Program-made: the position numbers and the translations under genes
The notes under the pieces: model-generated
What the model was told of the DNA's origin: nothing
The model's input: the letters and a program-made list of their open reading frames with translations, nothing else
Database searches by the model: none
DNA from: Thraustochytrium aureum
Lineage: Eukaryota
Assembly: GCA_012862495.1 (NCBI GenBank)
Contig: BLSG01000081.1
Coordinates: 107,186-171,185, forward strand
Direction of reading: 5' to 3'
DNA: 64,000 bases
Shown: positions 21,713-31,386 of the stretch, piece by piece
How the letters are laid out: every line of letters begins with the position of its first letter
Position numbering within the stretch: position 1 is the stretch's first letter

Positions 21713-22414
21713 ATGCGGCAGGACGCGCTCCAGCTGATCCCGCAGAGCTCCACCATGCAGCTCGGCGGGCGCCATCGCGAACTGATGAGCGAGGAGCAGG
21801 CGGCAGAGCTTTGGGCAGTGTTTCAAGTGGCCGCGCACGAGAACGAATTCGCGCAGAAAGGCGAAAGGCAAGCGGTCTCCGTTGATGGCACAAGGCCAGC
21901 TACTGTGAGGAGATCCCAGCTCGGGGACCTGTTGCGGATGCTGGGCTTGGAACCTGACGAAGAAACTGTCGCGGATGCAACTGCAGCAGCTGCAAGCGTG
22001 AGCATCGCTGCTGGGAAAGCCGCCACTGAGCCAGAGATGAATTTCGAAGAGTTTCAGGCTGTCGCTTCCTCTGTGTTCGCCAAGCGCGACTGCATCGAGC
22101 AAGGCCAGCAAGCGTTCGCAGCAATACTTGGTTGTGGTAAAGCTGATAAAGGCGGGTCCACCAAAACCAAACCGGATGACAGCGGCGAGGCGTTCTCGGG
22201 GCAAGGGATTTCAGCAGAGCACCTACACACTTTCTTTAGCACACTGGACGATAGTTCTGTCACCTTGGAAGAGTGCGAGAGGATGGTTTCGCTTGTCGGC
22301 ACTGAAGGTCAGATCCAAGAGTCTGACGTCGTTGCCCACATTCGGCAAGGAATGGGCTTCACGGAGGCACGCGCTGATCAGTCAGGCCGGGGCGCCAGGC
22401 ACCAAGTCAACTGA
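21713..22414 (+). CDS. Calmodulin/centrin-like EF-hand protein with degenerate Ca-binding loops
   Basis: SEEQAAELWAVFQ, LGDLLRMLGLEPDEE, MNFEEF, GISAEHL, VTLEECERMV follow the calmodulin-fold pattern. Start codon uncertain. Confidence 0.6.
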   Translation: MRQDALQLIPQSSTMQLGGRHRELMSEEQAAELWAVFQVAAHENEFAQKGERQAVSVDGTRPATVRRSQLGDLLRMLGLEPDEETVADATAAAASVSIAAGKAATEPEMNFEEFQAVASSVFAKRDCIEQGQQAFAAILGCGKADKGGSTKTKPDDSGEAFSGQGISAEHLHTFFSTLDDSSVTLEECERMVSLVGTEGQIQESDVVAHIRQGMGFTEARADQSGRGARHQVN

Positions 22415-23930
22415 TTGCCGCTTGCCTCGCGGATTGTCACCCTGCAACTCGATCGCCGCCCGGAAAAAAAACATGCAAGCGATCTCGATCCAAGGTGACG
22501 ACGCCCCGCGCCAATCTGCGGGCCGGATGACTTGCAAGCGCGCGCGGTACCTCTAGAGGGAGAGGTAGGCGTGTGAGTCCTCCTACGCATCGTTTTTGGA
22601 CGACCTGTGACTGGGCTGAGACCAAGGTGTTGCGGTGGATTCTGCACATTTTCTGGGTCCTCGAGTCCTGGCTCAAGCGCCGCTCCAGCGCATCGTGCGT
22701 TGCTGCTTTGCGCCGTCTTCGCTACCTGCCTATTTGTCTTGGGCGAAGGGAGGCCTTTTGGCCTGGTCTTGGCAGACCTGAAAGGCGAAGGCAGAATCCT
22801 GCTCGTGGGTTTGAACGCCCCCTGCCCCACGCCGTTCAAGGCAAAGCGAGCGATGAAAAATGCTATTGCCGTCAAGCTCGTGACCATTCCAAAATGGCCT
22901 GCGCTGCCGTGGAAGAGAGGGGTAAAATCCGCTCCTACCCTGTTGTAGAAAAGCGCGTGCAAGACCGCAGAGGTTGCGAAACAGGCAACAGACCAGGTCA
23001 CAGAGCGAGTGATGTCCAGGATTTTGTCGACCAGTTCACGACCACGTGTCGCATCTTCCGATCTGGCAGACAGAAACTTGACGACTTGCGAATTGAACCG
23101 GTGGAACAGAAGGAGCCAGCACCCCATCGAAACGGTGGCGACGAGTGCAGCAACAGAGGATCGCCATACTCGGAGAGATGCGAAGATTGCACCAAACAGC
23201 AGGAGGTTGAACACGAAAACGAGTCTCGTCATGTTGTGCGGGAATAGTAGCGTGTCGAAAGACTTGAACCTGTACAGCGCGCTTCGCCACGTTAAAACGA
23301 GGCTGCTTATTGAAAATAAGCACAAGAACACTGTCGCAGTCAGAGTGGCCTGTTGCGTACAGGACGAGTTGCGCACGAGTTAGTTTCCGAGCAAAGCAAG
23401 AAGATAATTGCTGCGCCACGCACCTTGCCACAAAGGAGACTTACATGGTTTACTTGCAGCAAACCCTCGCTGGCAACAGCGAGCTGGATTACGATTGTCA
23501 ACACGTTCCAGCCAATGGAGAAAAAGTGAGCGCCAAACGAAAGACCAAGCGTCAGCATCGTCGGTTTCGAGCATATTGACCTGTGAGCGAGGTTTTCGGC
23601 AGCGAGACGACAATTCGAAATGAACAGCGCAAGTTGCACGAACAGCACGACCGCTTGCCAAGTCACGTTGATGGTTGAGATATTTGTCGGGATGTCGCAC
23701 TCCGGGCCGACAAAGCCACGGGAGACTTCGCATCTGCATACAGAGACAGTCAAACCTTCAATTACCACGGGCACGCATCGAAGAAATGGCTTGAACCATG
23801 CTGACCCCGTGTCGACGCAGCGCTGGTGGTCCTCGCAGAGTAATAGCTCGTTGTCCCATGGCTCAAAAGCCCTCCCTGCCCAAACAAGCTCGCGTGCTTC
23901 CGCTGTCAGGTTCAACACGCCCGAGGTCAT
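22378..23930 (-). CDS. Multi-pass (about 7 TM) membrane protein with N-terminal Cys-rich EGF-like segment; intron 23350-23423
   Basis: CRCEVSRGFVGPEC EGF-like motif and several hydrophobic helices. The intron GTGCGT...ACTAAC...CAACAG joins LLCGK|ATLTATVFL in frame. 3' end uncertain because it overlaps the convergent EF-hand ORF. Confidence 0.6.
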
Positions 23931-23961
23931 CTTGGCCACGGCGCGGGCAACAGGCGGGCGG

Positions 23962-24031
23962 TCAGACTCGACACCCGCTAGACCACCAACGTGATCAGAC
24001 TCGACACCCGCTTTACCACCAACGTGATCAG
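23962..24031. repeat. Two 33-bp tandem copies (TCAGACTCGACACCCGCTWKACCACCAACGTGA)
   Basis: Units start at 23962 and 23995. Confidence 0.85.
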
Positions 24032-24048
24032 CACCTCGAACCGCGTTG

Positions 24049-24159
24049 CAAGCGTCCTTTCCGATCGCTCCAAGCGTCCTTTCCGATCGCTCCAAGCGTC
24101 CTCTCCGATCGCTCCAGGCGTCCTCTCCGATCGCTCCAAGCGTCCTTTCCGATCGCTCC
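24049..24159. repeat. Minisatellite, 5 x 22 bp (CAAGCGTCCTYTCCGATCGCTC)
   Basis: Units start at 24049, 24071, 24093, 24115 and 24137, with no spacers. Confidence 0.92.
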
Positions 24160-24516
24160 GGCTCTGGCTGTATATAGTGCTGCTGCCGCGCGTCGTGCGC
24201 GTGATTGGCGAGTCGATTCGCCGCAGCGGAGACCTCGGCTCGTTTCAAATCCGTTGCCCAGCTCTTTGGTAGAGTACACTGCACAGCTCGGTCCGTAATC
24301 GCAAGTCCCGCCAGCAAGTGCAGACCCACCACAAGGTGAAAACTCTGGAGGGATTGGCTCCCGGGTCGGCCTCGGCTGCTCAACCAACTCTGCAACTCGC
24401 GGGAAACTTGGCGAAATTGCGGTAGATCCGTTGGATGTGTGGAATGCCTCCCGTTTGTTTTTTATGGATTGTTTGAGCGCTCGGCGCGCGGGTGCAAGCG
24501 CCCGGCACCAACACGA

Positions 24517-27147
24517 CTACGATGAGGTGTCCATCTCAGAGGAAGCGGCACCTGGCTTGGTCTTTTCAAGCAGCACAACACCCTCAAGAACCGAGGTAAG
24601 CGCTTGGTAGTCGTCCCCTGCGATCTCAGCGCGGTCGTGAAAGCCGAGCAGGACGGGCGTCGAGTGCGTCTGGAAGCCAGTGATCGCCTTTGGCTTGCCA
24701 GCCAAGCCCACGGTCTCAACTGCCTGGCCTACCCTCACCTTGACCTGCACAGGCTCCTTCGTGGCAGCGTCGAGCGCGAGCAGCATGCGAGGGCGGATTG
24801 CACAGACCAGCGTGTACATCAAATAGTGGTGCTTGCTGAGCAGGGTGGTCTTGAAGTCGAGCCCGCAGTAGAGCACCGCGAGGATGCCGGCGACGGCGGG
24901 CGCAGACATGAGCGTCCTGTCCGAGTGGTACGGCGCCAGCGTGACGAGTCCCTTGCCAGCATGCAGGAGGCCTTGGGCCAGGCGGACGATGAAAAGCGGG
25001 TTTGGTTCCTTTGCGTAAAAGGAGGCCAGCCCGCGCAGCATCTGCGCGATCCGTGAGTTGTTGGTCCCTGCCCCCAACAGGCCGAGCGAGAAGATCGCCG
25101 ACATGGCGGTGGGCGAATCCGCGTCGTGCGTCAGCTTGCTCAAAAGGTCGATAATAGCAAAGTCTGGGTCGGAGACGTGGCTCATGGCCATCGCAAGCGG
25201 CACTGCGCGGCGCACGGCGAGGTCGCCGTACTGGAGGAGGTGCTGGAACGTGCGTTGCGCCATTTCCCGCCCCACGCTCTCGCCCATTGTAATAAGGGCG
25301 ACGCCGATGACTGCTGCAGACTGGTGCATCGCGTTGAGCGCGGCTTCGTGCTTTTCCTTCTCCTTGTCCTCCTCGCTCATGTCTTCCTCAGCCTTTTGCT
25401 CCTCGGCGGTCTGGGTACCTGGCCCGCCCTCCGTGACCTGCTCGCCGTCCTTGTTGAGGTGTTCGGCACAGAGGTGCATGAGCTTCTGGACCTGCAGTAC
25501 GTTGCCGGACCCAGTGTACGCGCAAGACTGGATGACGACAACTGCAAACTTGGAAAGCTTGTGTTCGACCGTCTTGACGGCCTCGATCGTCGGCTCGGCA
25601 GTGTCTTGGGCGCCGATGAACAAAACGCCCAGGCCGACGCAGAGCATGCGCGCGATCGGCTGGTCGAGCTCCGCCTCCGAGGCCTCCATCAGGCGCTGCA
25701 CGATGGTTGTGCAGACGTCCTCATTCCCGGTGCCCGCAAATACAAGGCCCAAGGCAAGCGCAGCAATCGCAACGACCTCAATGTTGGAAGAAGCCGAGGT
25801 GTCGGCGACGACCGGGATGAGCGCCTCTGCAACCTCCTCCTTGGGGTTGCCGGCATATGCGAGGCCAAGACCGAGCGCGGCAGTCATGCGCACAGTGTCG
25901 GGCTTGTCGTCCTCGAGGTGCTCGGGCAGAAGGCCGAGTGCAGGGTCGACCTCGTCGCGGACGCCGCAGTTGACAATGCCGAGGGCGAGGAGGGCGCCGG
26001 CCTTGATGTACTCGGAGCTGTACAGGTACTTGTCGATCTGGGACATGCCCTCGTTGACGTTCCAGAGCAGGACCATGCCCAGCGAGGCGGCCGCGCTAAT
26101 CATGCCGTGCTCCTTGTTCTTGTAGAGCCACTTGCTCTCGGTCGGTGTCATGAGCGCGTCCTTTTGAAAGCCGACGTTGACAAACCCGTTGACAAAGGTG
26201 GAGGCGAGGTTTTGGCGCGCCGACTCGACGTGCGCGGCCTCGCGCATGAGCGAGCTCGACTCGGAGAGGTGGCTCTTGTACACGTCCTCCGGGGTCTTTG
26301 GCTCTTCCACATTGAGCTCTCGCGCGAGGCTCTGAAAGTGCTCCCAGAGCTCCTCGTTGGAGACGGTGCCGTTCACCTCGGGGTCCTCGTCTGTGTAGCT
26401 GAAGAACCTGCTTGAGCCGAGCATGTGGGCGAGCTGCAGGTGGACCGCGCGGTTCTCGTTCCTCGTGGCGTCCATTACCTTGGTGACGAGGCCGACGTCG
26501 TTGATCCGCATCGCGACGCGGAGCGCGTCCGGGTACCGCTTCTGGGCAAGGTAGACCTTGAAGGCGACGCCCATGACGTTCTCGAGGTCCTCGAGCGCAA
26601 TCAGGTACTCGCCGAACCGAAGAAGGTAGAGGCCCACGCGCTCCACGTTCGAGTCGTCGACCAAGTCGAGCAGTCTGTCCAGCTCGTTCACCTCTAGCAA
26701 GAGGTCCACGGCCTCGGTCTCCGAGTTGTGCTGCATCTGGAACGGGACGATCACGTTCACGAGCTCGATGAGCACCGCCGTGGGCTTGGGCGGGTCTGCG
26801 GTGATGCGCGCGGCGAACTCCTGCGAGATCTCGCCCGACAAGGCGCGCACGTACTCGTGGCCCCACATGCCAAGCTCCGTGCGGTTGCCCTCGAGCTTAA
26901 AGTTGAGGCATTCGCGCTCGCCCTCGGCCCCCATGGTCATGCCCAGAACAGAAAGCACGTCTGCGACAGCGCGCTTGAGCGTGCCGCTTGCCACCCCAGC
27001 GTAAAACTCTTTGAGCCGGTCGTAGTACGGCCGCAAGAACTTGAGCGGTTTCGGCACGCTTGTCATCGACGAGGTTGCCGAGCGAATCTCCTTGGCCAGC
27101 GTGTCGATCGCCGCCTCTCGTACGCTCGTGCTGCTCTTGCGCTCGGT
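24517..27147 (-). CDS. RPN1: 26S proteasome non-ATPase regulatory subunit RPN1/PSMD2; 5' end in gap
   Basis: SSMTSVPKPLKFLRP, WGHEYVR, SARQNLASTFVNGFVN, WLYKNKEHGMISAAASLG, GTNNSRIAQMLR, VRVGQAVETVGLAGKPKAITGFQTHSTPVLL. Confidence 0.97.
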   Translation of the reverse strand, partial: TERKSSTSVREAAIDTLAKEIRSATSSMTSVPKPLKFLRPYYDRLKEFYAGVASGTLKRAVADVLSVLGMTMGAEGERECLNFKLEGNRTELGMWGHEYVRALSGEISQEFAARITADPPKPTAVLIELVNVIVPFQMQHNSETEAVDLLLEVNELDRLLDLVDDSNVERVGLYLLRFGEYLIALEDLENVMGVAFKVYLAQKRYPDALRVAMRINDVGLVTKVMDATRNENRAVHLQLAHMLGSSRFFSYTDEDPEVNGTVSNEELWEHFQSLARELNVEEPKTPEDVYKSHLSESSSLMREAAHVESARQNLASTFVNGFVNVGFQKDALMTPTESKWLYKNKEHGMISAAASLGMVLLWNVNEGMSQIDKYLYSSEYIKAGALLALGIVNCGVRDEVDPALGLLPEHLEDDKPDTVRMTAALGLGLAYAGNPKEEVAEALIPVVADTSASSNIEVVAIAALALGLVFAGTGNEDVCTTIVQRLMEASEAELDQPIARMLCVGLGVLFIGAQDTAEPTIEAVKTVEHKLSKFAVVVIQSCAYTGSGNVLQVQKLMHLCAEHLNKDGEQVTEGGPGTQTAEEQKAEEDMSEEDKEKEKHEAALNAMHQSAAVIGVALITMGESVGREMAQRTFQHLLQYGDLAVRRAVPLAMAMSHVSDPDFAIIDLLSKLTHDADSPTAMSAIFSLGLLGAGTNNSRIAQMLRGLASFYAKEPNPLFIVRLAQGLLHAGKGLVTLAPYHSDRTLMSAPAVAGILAVLYCGLDFKTTLLSKHHYLMYTLVCAIRPRMLLALDAATKEPVQVKVRVGQAVETVGLAGKPKAITGFQTHSTPVLLGFHDRAEIAGDDYQALTSVLEGVVLLEKTKPGAASSEMDTSS

Positions 27148-27806
27148 NNNNNNNNNNNNNNNNNNNNNNNNNNNNNNNNNNNNNNNNNNNNNNNNNNNNN
27201 NNNNNNNNNNNNNNNNNNNNNNNNNNNNNNNNNNNNNNNNNNNNNNNNNNNNNNNNNNNNNNNNNNNNNNNNNNNNNNNNNNNNNNNNNNNNNNNNNNNN
27301 NNNNNNNNNNNNNNNNNNNNNNNNNNNNNNNNNNNNNNNNNNNNNNNNNNNNNNNNNNNNNNNNNNNNNNNNNNNNNNNNNNNNNNNNNNNNNNNNNNNN
27401 NNNNNNNNNNNNNNNNNNNNNNNNNNNNNNNNNNNNNNNNNNNNNNNNNNNNNNNNNNNNNNNNNNNNNNNNNNNNNNNNNNNNNNNNNNNNNNNNNNNN
27501 NNNNNNNNNNNNNNNNNNNNNNNNNNNNNNNNNNNNNNNNNNNNNNNNNNNNNNNNNNNNNNNNNNNNNNNNNNNNNNNNNNNNNNNNNNNNNNNNNNNN
27601 NNNNNNNNNNNNNNNNNNNNNNNNNNNNNNNNNNNNNNNNNNNNNNNNNNNNNNNNNNNNNNNNNNNNNNNNNNNNNNNNNNNNNNNNNNNNNNNNNNNN
27701 NNNNNNNNNNNNNNNNNNNNNNNNNNNNNNNNNNNNNGCGTGTGCTCGGCCGGGTTTCTGCCAGCCGACGCTGTAAAAGCGGTCGTGAATGCACGAGGTT
27801 TGAAAG

Positions 27807-27990
27807 TTGCAGCTTGCAACCGACCTCGCAGGGACGGCGATCGTCATGGTCGTGGCGAGGAGAAGCGGTAGCTCTGCGCTGCGGCGCTGCTGCTCGCCAA
27901 CCGTGCGAAAGGCAACTCGGTGAAGGGCGTTGCAACTTGCGGCTAGCCTCGCAAGGGCGCTGATCATCATGTCGTGGCGAGGAGACTCGC
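27807..27990. repeat. Degenerate direct repeat pair, about 60-bp core (GTTGCARCTTGC...CCTCGCA...CATG(G)TCGTGGCGAGGAGA)
   Basis: Copies start near 27807 and 27929, upstream of RPN1. Confidence 0.6.
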
Positions 27991-28393
27991 TCGCGTTGCG
28001 CTACGGCGCTCCCGCTCGCCAACTGTGCGCACACGCGGCCGCAGCTCTGTCATGCAGACCTTCGGCATGGCTGTCTGGCGCCCAATGAGGCTCAAACGAA
28101 GGAAGGAAAATGGATCCGTTACGTCGGGTTGCGTAAATGCAGCATCGATCAGGTCATTGGTTGGGTTTGGTTTTTGGCGGCGGCGGTGGTGGCGCAGTGG
28201 CGCTGCGGCTGAGCCGCGCTGCCGTGGCGCGGGTTGGAAGCGCGCCGTGTAATCGGGCTGCGTTTGCTGGCGCTGTAGGTTGTCCAAATCGGACTGCTTT
28301 GGTCTGCGGTTCGTGTTCAACGCAGTCTCGCCCGTTCATTTGCTGGCTCGCTCCCCCGGTCGTCGGGGCCTGGGGCCCGGCCCTGCAAGGAGT

Positions 28394-29008
28394 ATGGAAG
28401 GCGTGCCGATCCTCTTGACGGAGCGCAGCGCGACGGTGGCGCGGAAACGGAGACCGAGCACCAGGGGGGCGTCTGTGGCGAGGTCGTCAAATGGGGGAGA
28501 CGACCTTGGTAGGCCGCTTCGGTCGGCGCCGGCCGGCGCGTCGAGAGCGTCACTGCACGGCTCGGCGTCGACCCCATCAATACGCTGCAGCGCGTTCGCG
28601 GAGCGAGCTGAGGCGAAAGCTCTGTCGCGCTCCGAGTCGCAAGCGTTTGTGACTGGGATAAACGCGATGGCAAACCAGTATGCGCGCATGCGTGCATCCC
28701 ACGATCGGTCGCAAAGCGAGGAAGAGCGCCGAGCACTTGCCGCGCGCACCAAGCGGCAAAGGGCGAAGGAGGCTGCTCGAGCTGCTCGAGCTCGTGAAGC
28801 AATAGCGGACCGAAAGCGCATCGCGGTGTTGAAGCAGCAGCGCTGGACCGCGCAAGCGTTCAAGATGCAGGCCTTGAAGAACGGCTTTGACCTGGACTCG
28901 TTCAGCTACGCGCCAAACGCGGCCCTGGCCGAGGCGGCGGATCCGACGCGCGCCGCTCGCGCACTGGCCAGCAGCACCGCGGCCCGCCCGCCAATTGCGA
29001 CTAGCTAG
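28394..29008 (+). CDS. Hypothetical protein with basic coiled-coil region
   Basis: ATG at 28394; helical EEERRALAARTKRQRAKEAARAARAREAIADRKR segment; no recognised domain. Confidence 0.45.
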   Translation: MEGVPILLTERSATVARKRRPSTRGASVARSSNGGDDLGRPLRSAPAGASRASLHGSASTPSIRCSAFAERAEAKALSRSESQAFVTGINAMANQYARMRASHDRSQSEEERRALAARTKRQRAKEAARAARAREAIADRKRIAVLKQQRWTAQAFKMQALKNGFDLDSFSYAPNAALAEAADPTRAARALASSTAARPPIATS

Positions 29009-29702
29009 AGGAAATCGATTTATTATAGGTCACCGAGCTCAGGCGCGCGATGACCGCTGCGATTGCTTCAGCGACGCGGCTCGGCGCTGCGAACGAGTCT
29101 CTCAACACGCGCCACTCTGCAGCCGTTGCGCAGGCTGGACGAGGAAAGCTCGGGCAGCCGAAAAATCCTGCCGCCGCACCGCCCGTACACGCGACTGGGA
29201 GAACGACGGCGCCACGCTGCGAGGCCAATATTGCAGACTCGGCAGCTGCCGCCCCTCCACCAATCAGGATGTGCACCGGCGCGAGCGCTGTGAGGAGCAC
29301 CTTGCGCTCGAACCCGTCTCGACCAGCCACGATAAGACACTGGCCCGGGTGCGCTCGCCGGGGCGCGAGCTGTCCGGTCGCGCCACTCCTGCTCGCGACG
29401 AAGTGGAAAGCGCGGGCGCCGCGCGCTGCGGGCTCGTTGGACGCAAGAGCCGCGCAGACGAGATTGACTGCGCCCGCGCCCAAGCTCGTGACAATAACAA
29501 CTTCAAAACCCTTTATGTTCTTGAGCGCAGCGCCGATCGCGCTGCAGACTTCGTGCTGGGCCCTGTTCGGCGTCTCGCAAGTGCCGAGGCACCCGACAAT
29601 CGCGACCCGCCTTGCCGGGTCGTTCTCTCCCCTCCCTGCGCTTGCAGAGATTATCGCCTGTTTCAGCACCTGCAATTGATGCGCGTCTTGCTCGCCTTCC
29701 AT
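29001..29702 (-). CDS. SLOG-superfamily (LOG/Smf-DprA-like Rossmannoid) domain protein
   Basis: RVAIVG, VIVTSLGAGA, ERKVLL, ILIGGG, GAVVLPVACTGGAA match the SLOG strand/loop pattern. Start may lie upstream (frame open to 29990). Confidence 0.6.
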   Translation of the reverse strand: MEGEQDAHQLQVLKQAIISASAGRGENDPARRVAIVGCLGTCETPNRAQHEVCSAIGAALKNIKGFEVVIVTSLGAGAVNLVCAALASNEPAARGARAFHFVASRSGATGQLAPRRAHPGQCLIVAGRDGFERKVLLTALAPVHILIGGGAAAAESAILASQRGAVVLPVACTGGAAAGFFGCPSFPRPACATAAEWRVLRDSFAAPSRVAEAIAAVIARLSSVTYNKSISSS

Positions 29703-31386
29703 GGCCGTCGCATTGTACGGCCGCGGCGCACCGTCGCCTGCGGCGCCGCTGCCCATGTTCCAGCACATCCGCCCGGTCCTTCGAACGAAGTCTGCGATCT
29801 CGCCACTTGCCTGCTTGTGCTGCCTGTCATCGTGCCAATACCCTGCTCGCTTGTCGCCGATGCGCTGCTCGTCTGGTGCCGCTGCGCTTGCTTCAGTACC
29901 TCGGCTCTTGTGATGGCCACAAGGCGCAGACCGCCATGGGCGCAACCGCAGCCATGGTTGGGTTGGGGGACTGCCGAACCTATCTATCATCTGTCGATCA
30001 TGCCATGGTCGGCATCATCACCAGGCTGCCCTGCTTGCCACTCTCATGAGCGATGATCATGACCAGCGCATGCAGTGCCAGTGGTTGTGAAGTTGTCCAA
30101 CCGCCATGACCACGTGGTGGTCCGTCCACCAGTGAGAACACCGCAGTTGGTGACGCGCAGGCGGCAGCGGGTTGCCCGTCCAAGCGTGTTCTTGGCACAT
30201 GCCGTTATGAGCAACTTACGAGGGTTCATTTTCTCCGCGACAACTCCAGCACCTCCTGTGCCAGCCGGCCAAGGAGGGTCCGACTCGGGCCATCGTCGCG
30301 ACTGCGTGCGCTTCTCCATCCGCGGCCCCGTGGACCAGCAAGTACCGGGAGGCCTGGGTGCAAAAGCCATCGTTCGCTCCTCGCTCTACGACAGGTGCTG
30401 GGCGCGAGGCGCCTCGCGCTCGAGGACCGTTGCCGCCGGCGAGCGAACGCGCGGAACTCCAGTTCCGCTCGACTCTGCCTGGCAGTCCCACGAGCCAGAG
30501 CCGGCGAATCTCCGTGGCGCAAGCCGAGAGGCTCGGGCAAGCCGCGAGATCGGCAATAAAATGGACTCATCCAAGTACTTGGAGCAGGCCTATTGACTAC
30601 TCGAACGCAACATGTCAGTACAACCTCACGAAACGTCGAGTAACCCTCGAGCAGGGAGCACCTCGCGCGTCTCACAACCCGTGCAACGCAGCAAGTCTGA
30701 CAGCCGCACAATCTATTCTACTCTACCGCGCAGCTTGCCGCGGCCTTCCGCGTTCGCTGAGCGGGGCATCATGATTTCTCGGAGCGGCGTCGAGCAAGCC
30801 CGGGGCGCTGTTCTACTACATCCAATGGCGACGGCTGTGGCGAAGGCGAACGAAGTCGCGTCGAAGCTCGAGTTGTCGGCGGCGCGCGTTGCTCGCTCGT
30901 TGCGGTTTGCCCAAGCGCGCGCGCGTCAGGGCCTCTCACTGGCAACGAGCGAGGGCGCCGCTGAGCCATTTTCGACGCGCCTCCTTCGTGACTTTCTCTC
31001 TGACTCGGCGGTGTGGCCAGCTCCAGAAACTCTCGGCGAGTAAGGCGGACGGGCCGTTCGGGGTCGTTGATCCCGCACGAAGTCTGCGCGGGCAGTGGGG
31101 TTTTCAGTCTGTGTGTCTGTGTGTTTTTCTTGTAGTACTCATGAGAGAGGGTAACGACTCTAGAGTACCGTTCGGTTGCGAGGTGTCGCACCGCAGACTT
31201 GGCTTGCTGTAGACCTGAGGACGCACCAGGGCGTCAATCACGATCACCCGCGCTGCCCGAAGCAGACACCGAACGCGGGAGCAAAGAAACACCCGGTTGA
31301 GCACGAAGATCAGGGAATCGAGGCTCAAGGAGGCCAAGGCAGGCAGGCAGGCAGGCAGCGCAAGGCAGGGATTTCTCGAGAGTTAA

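Noticed and set aside
24049..24159. Possible CRISPR array (regular 22-bp repeats)
   Set aside because: Units are head-to-tail with no unique spacers and there are no cas genes in this eukaryotic context; it is a minisatellite.
25058..26415. Long plus-strand ORFs antisense to RPN1 (similarly 40151-41266 opposite LEA, 4365-5528 opposite POLD3, 56923-58047 opposite the ARM gene)
   Set aside because: Shadow ORFs caused by GC-rich codon bias; no recognisable motifs, and the opposite strand has a clear gene.
30000..31340. Possible gene(s) between the SLOG and ABCG genes; similarly 12800-13900, 16600-17300 and 50100-51700
   Set aside because: Only short ORFs with no recognisable motifs or convincing exon structure.
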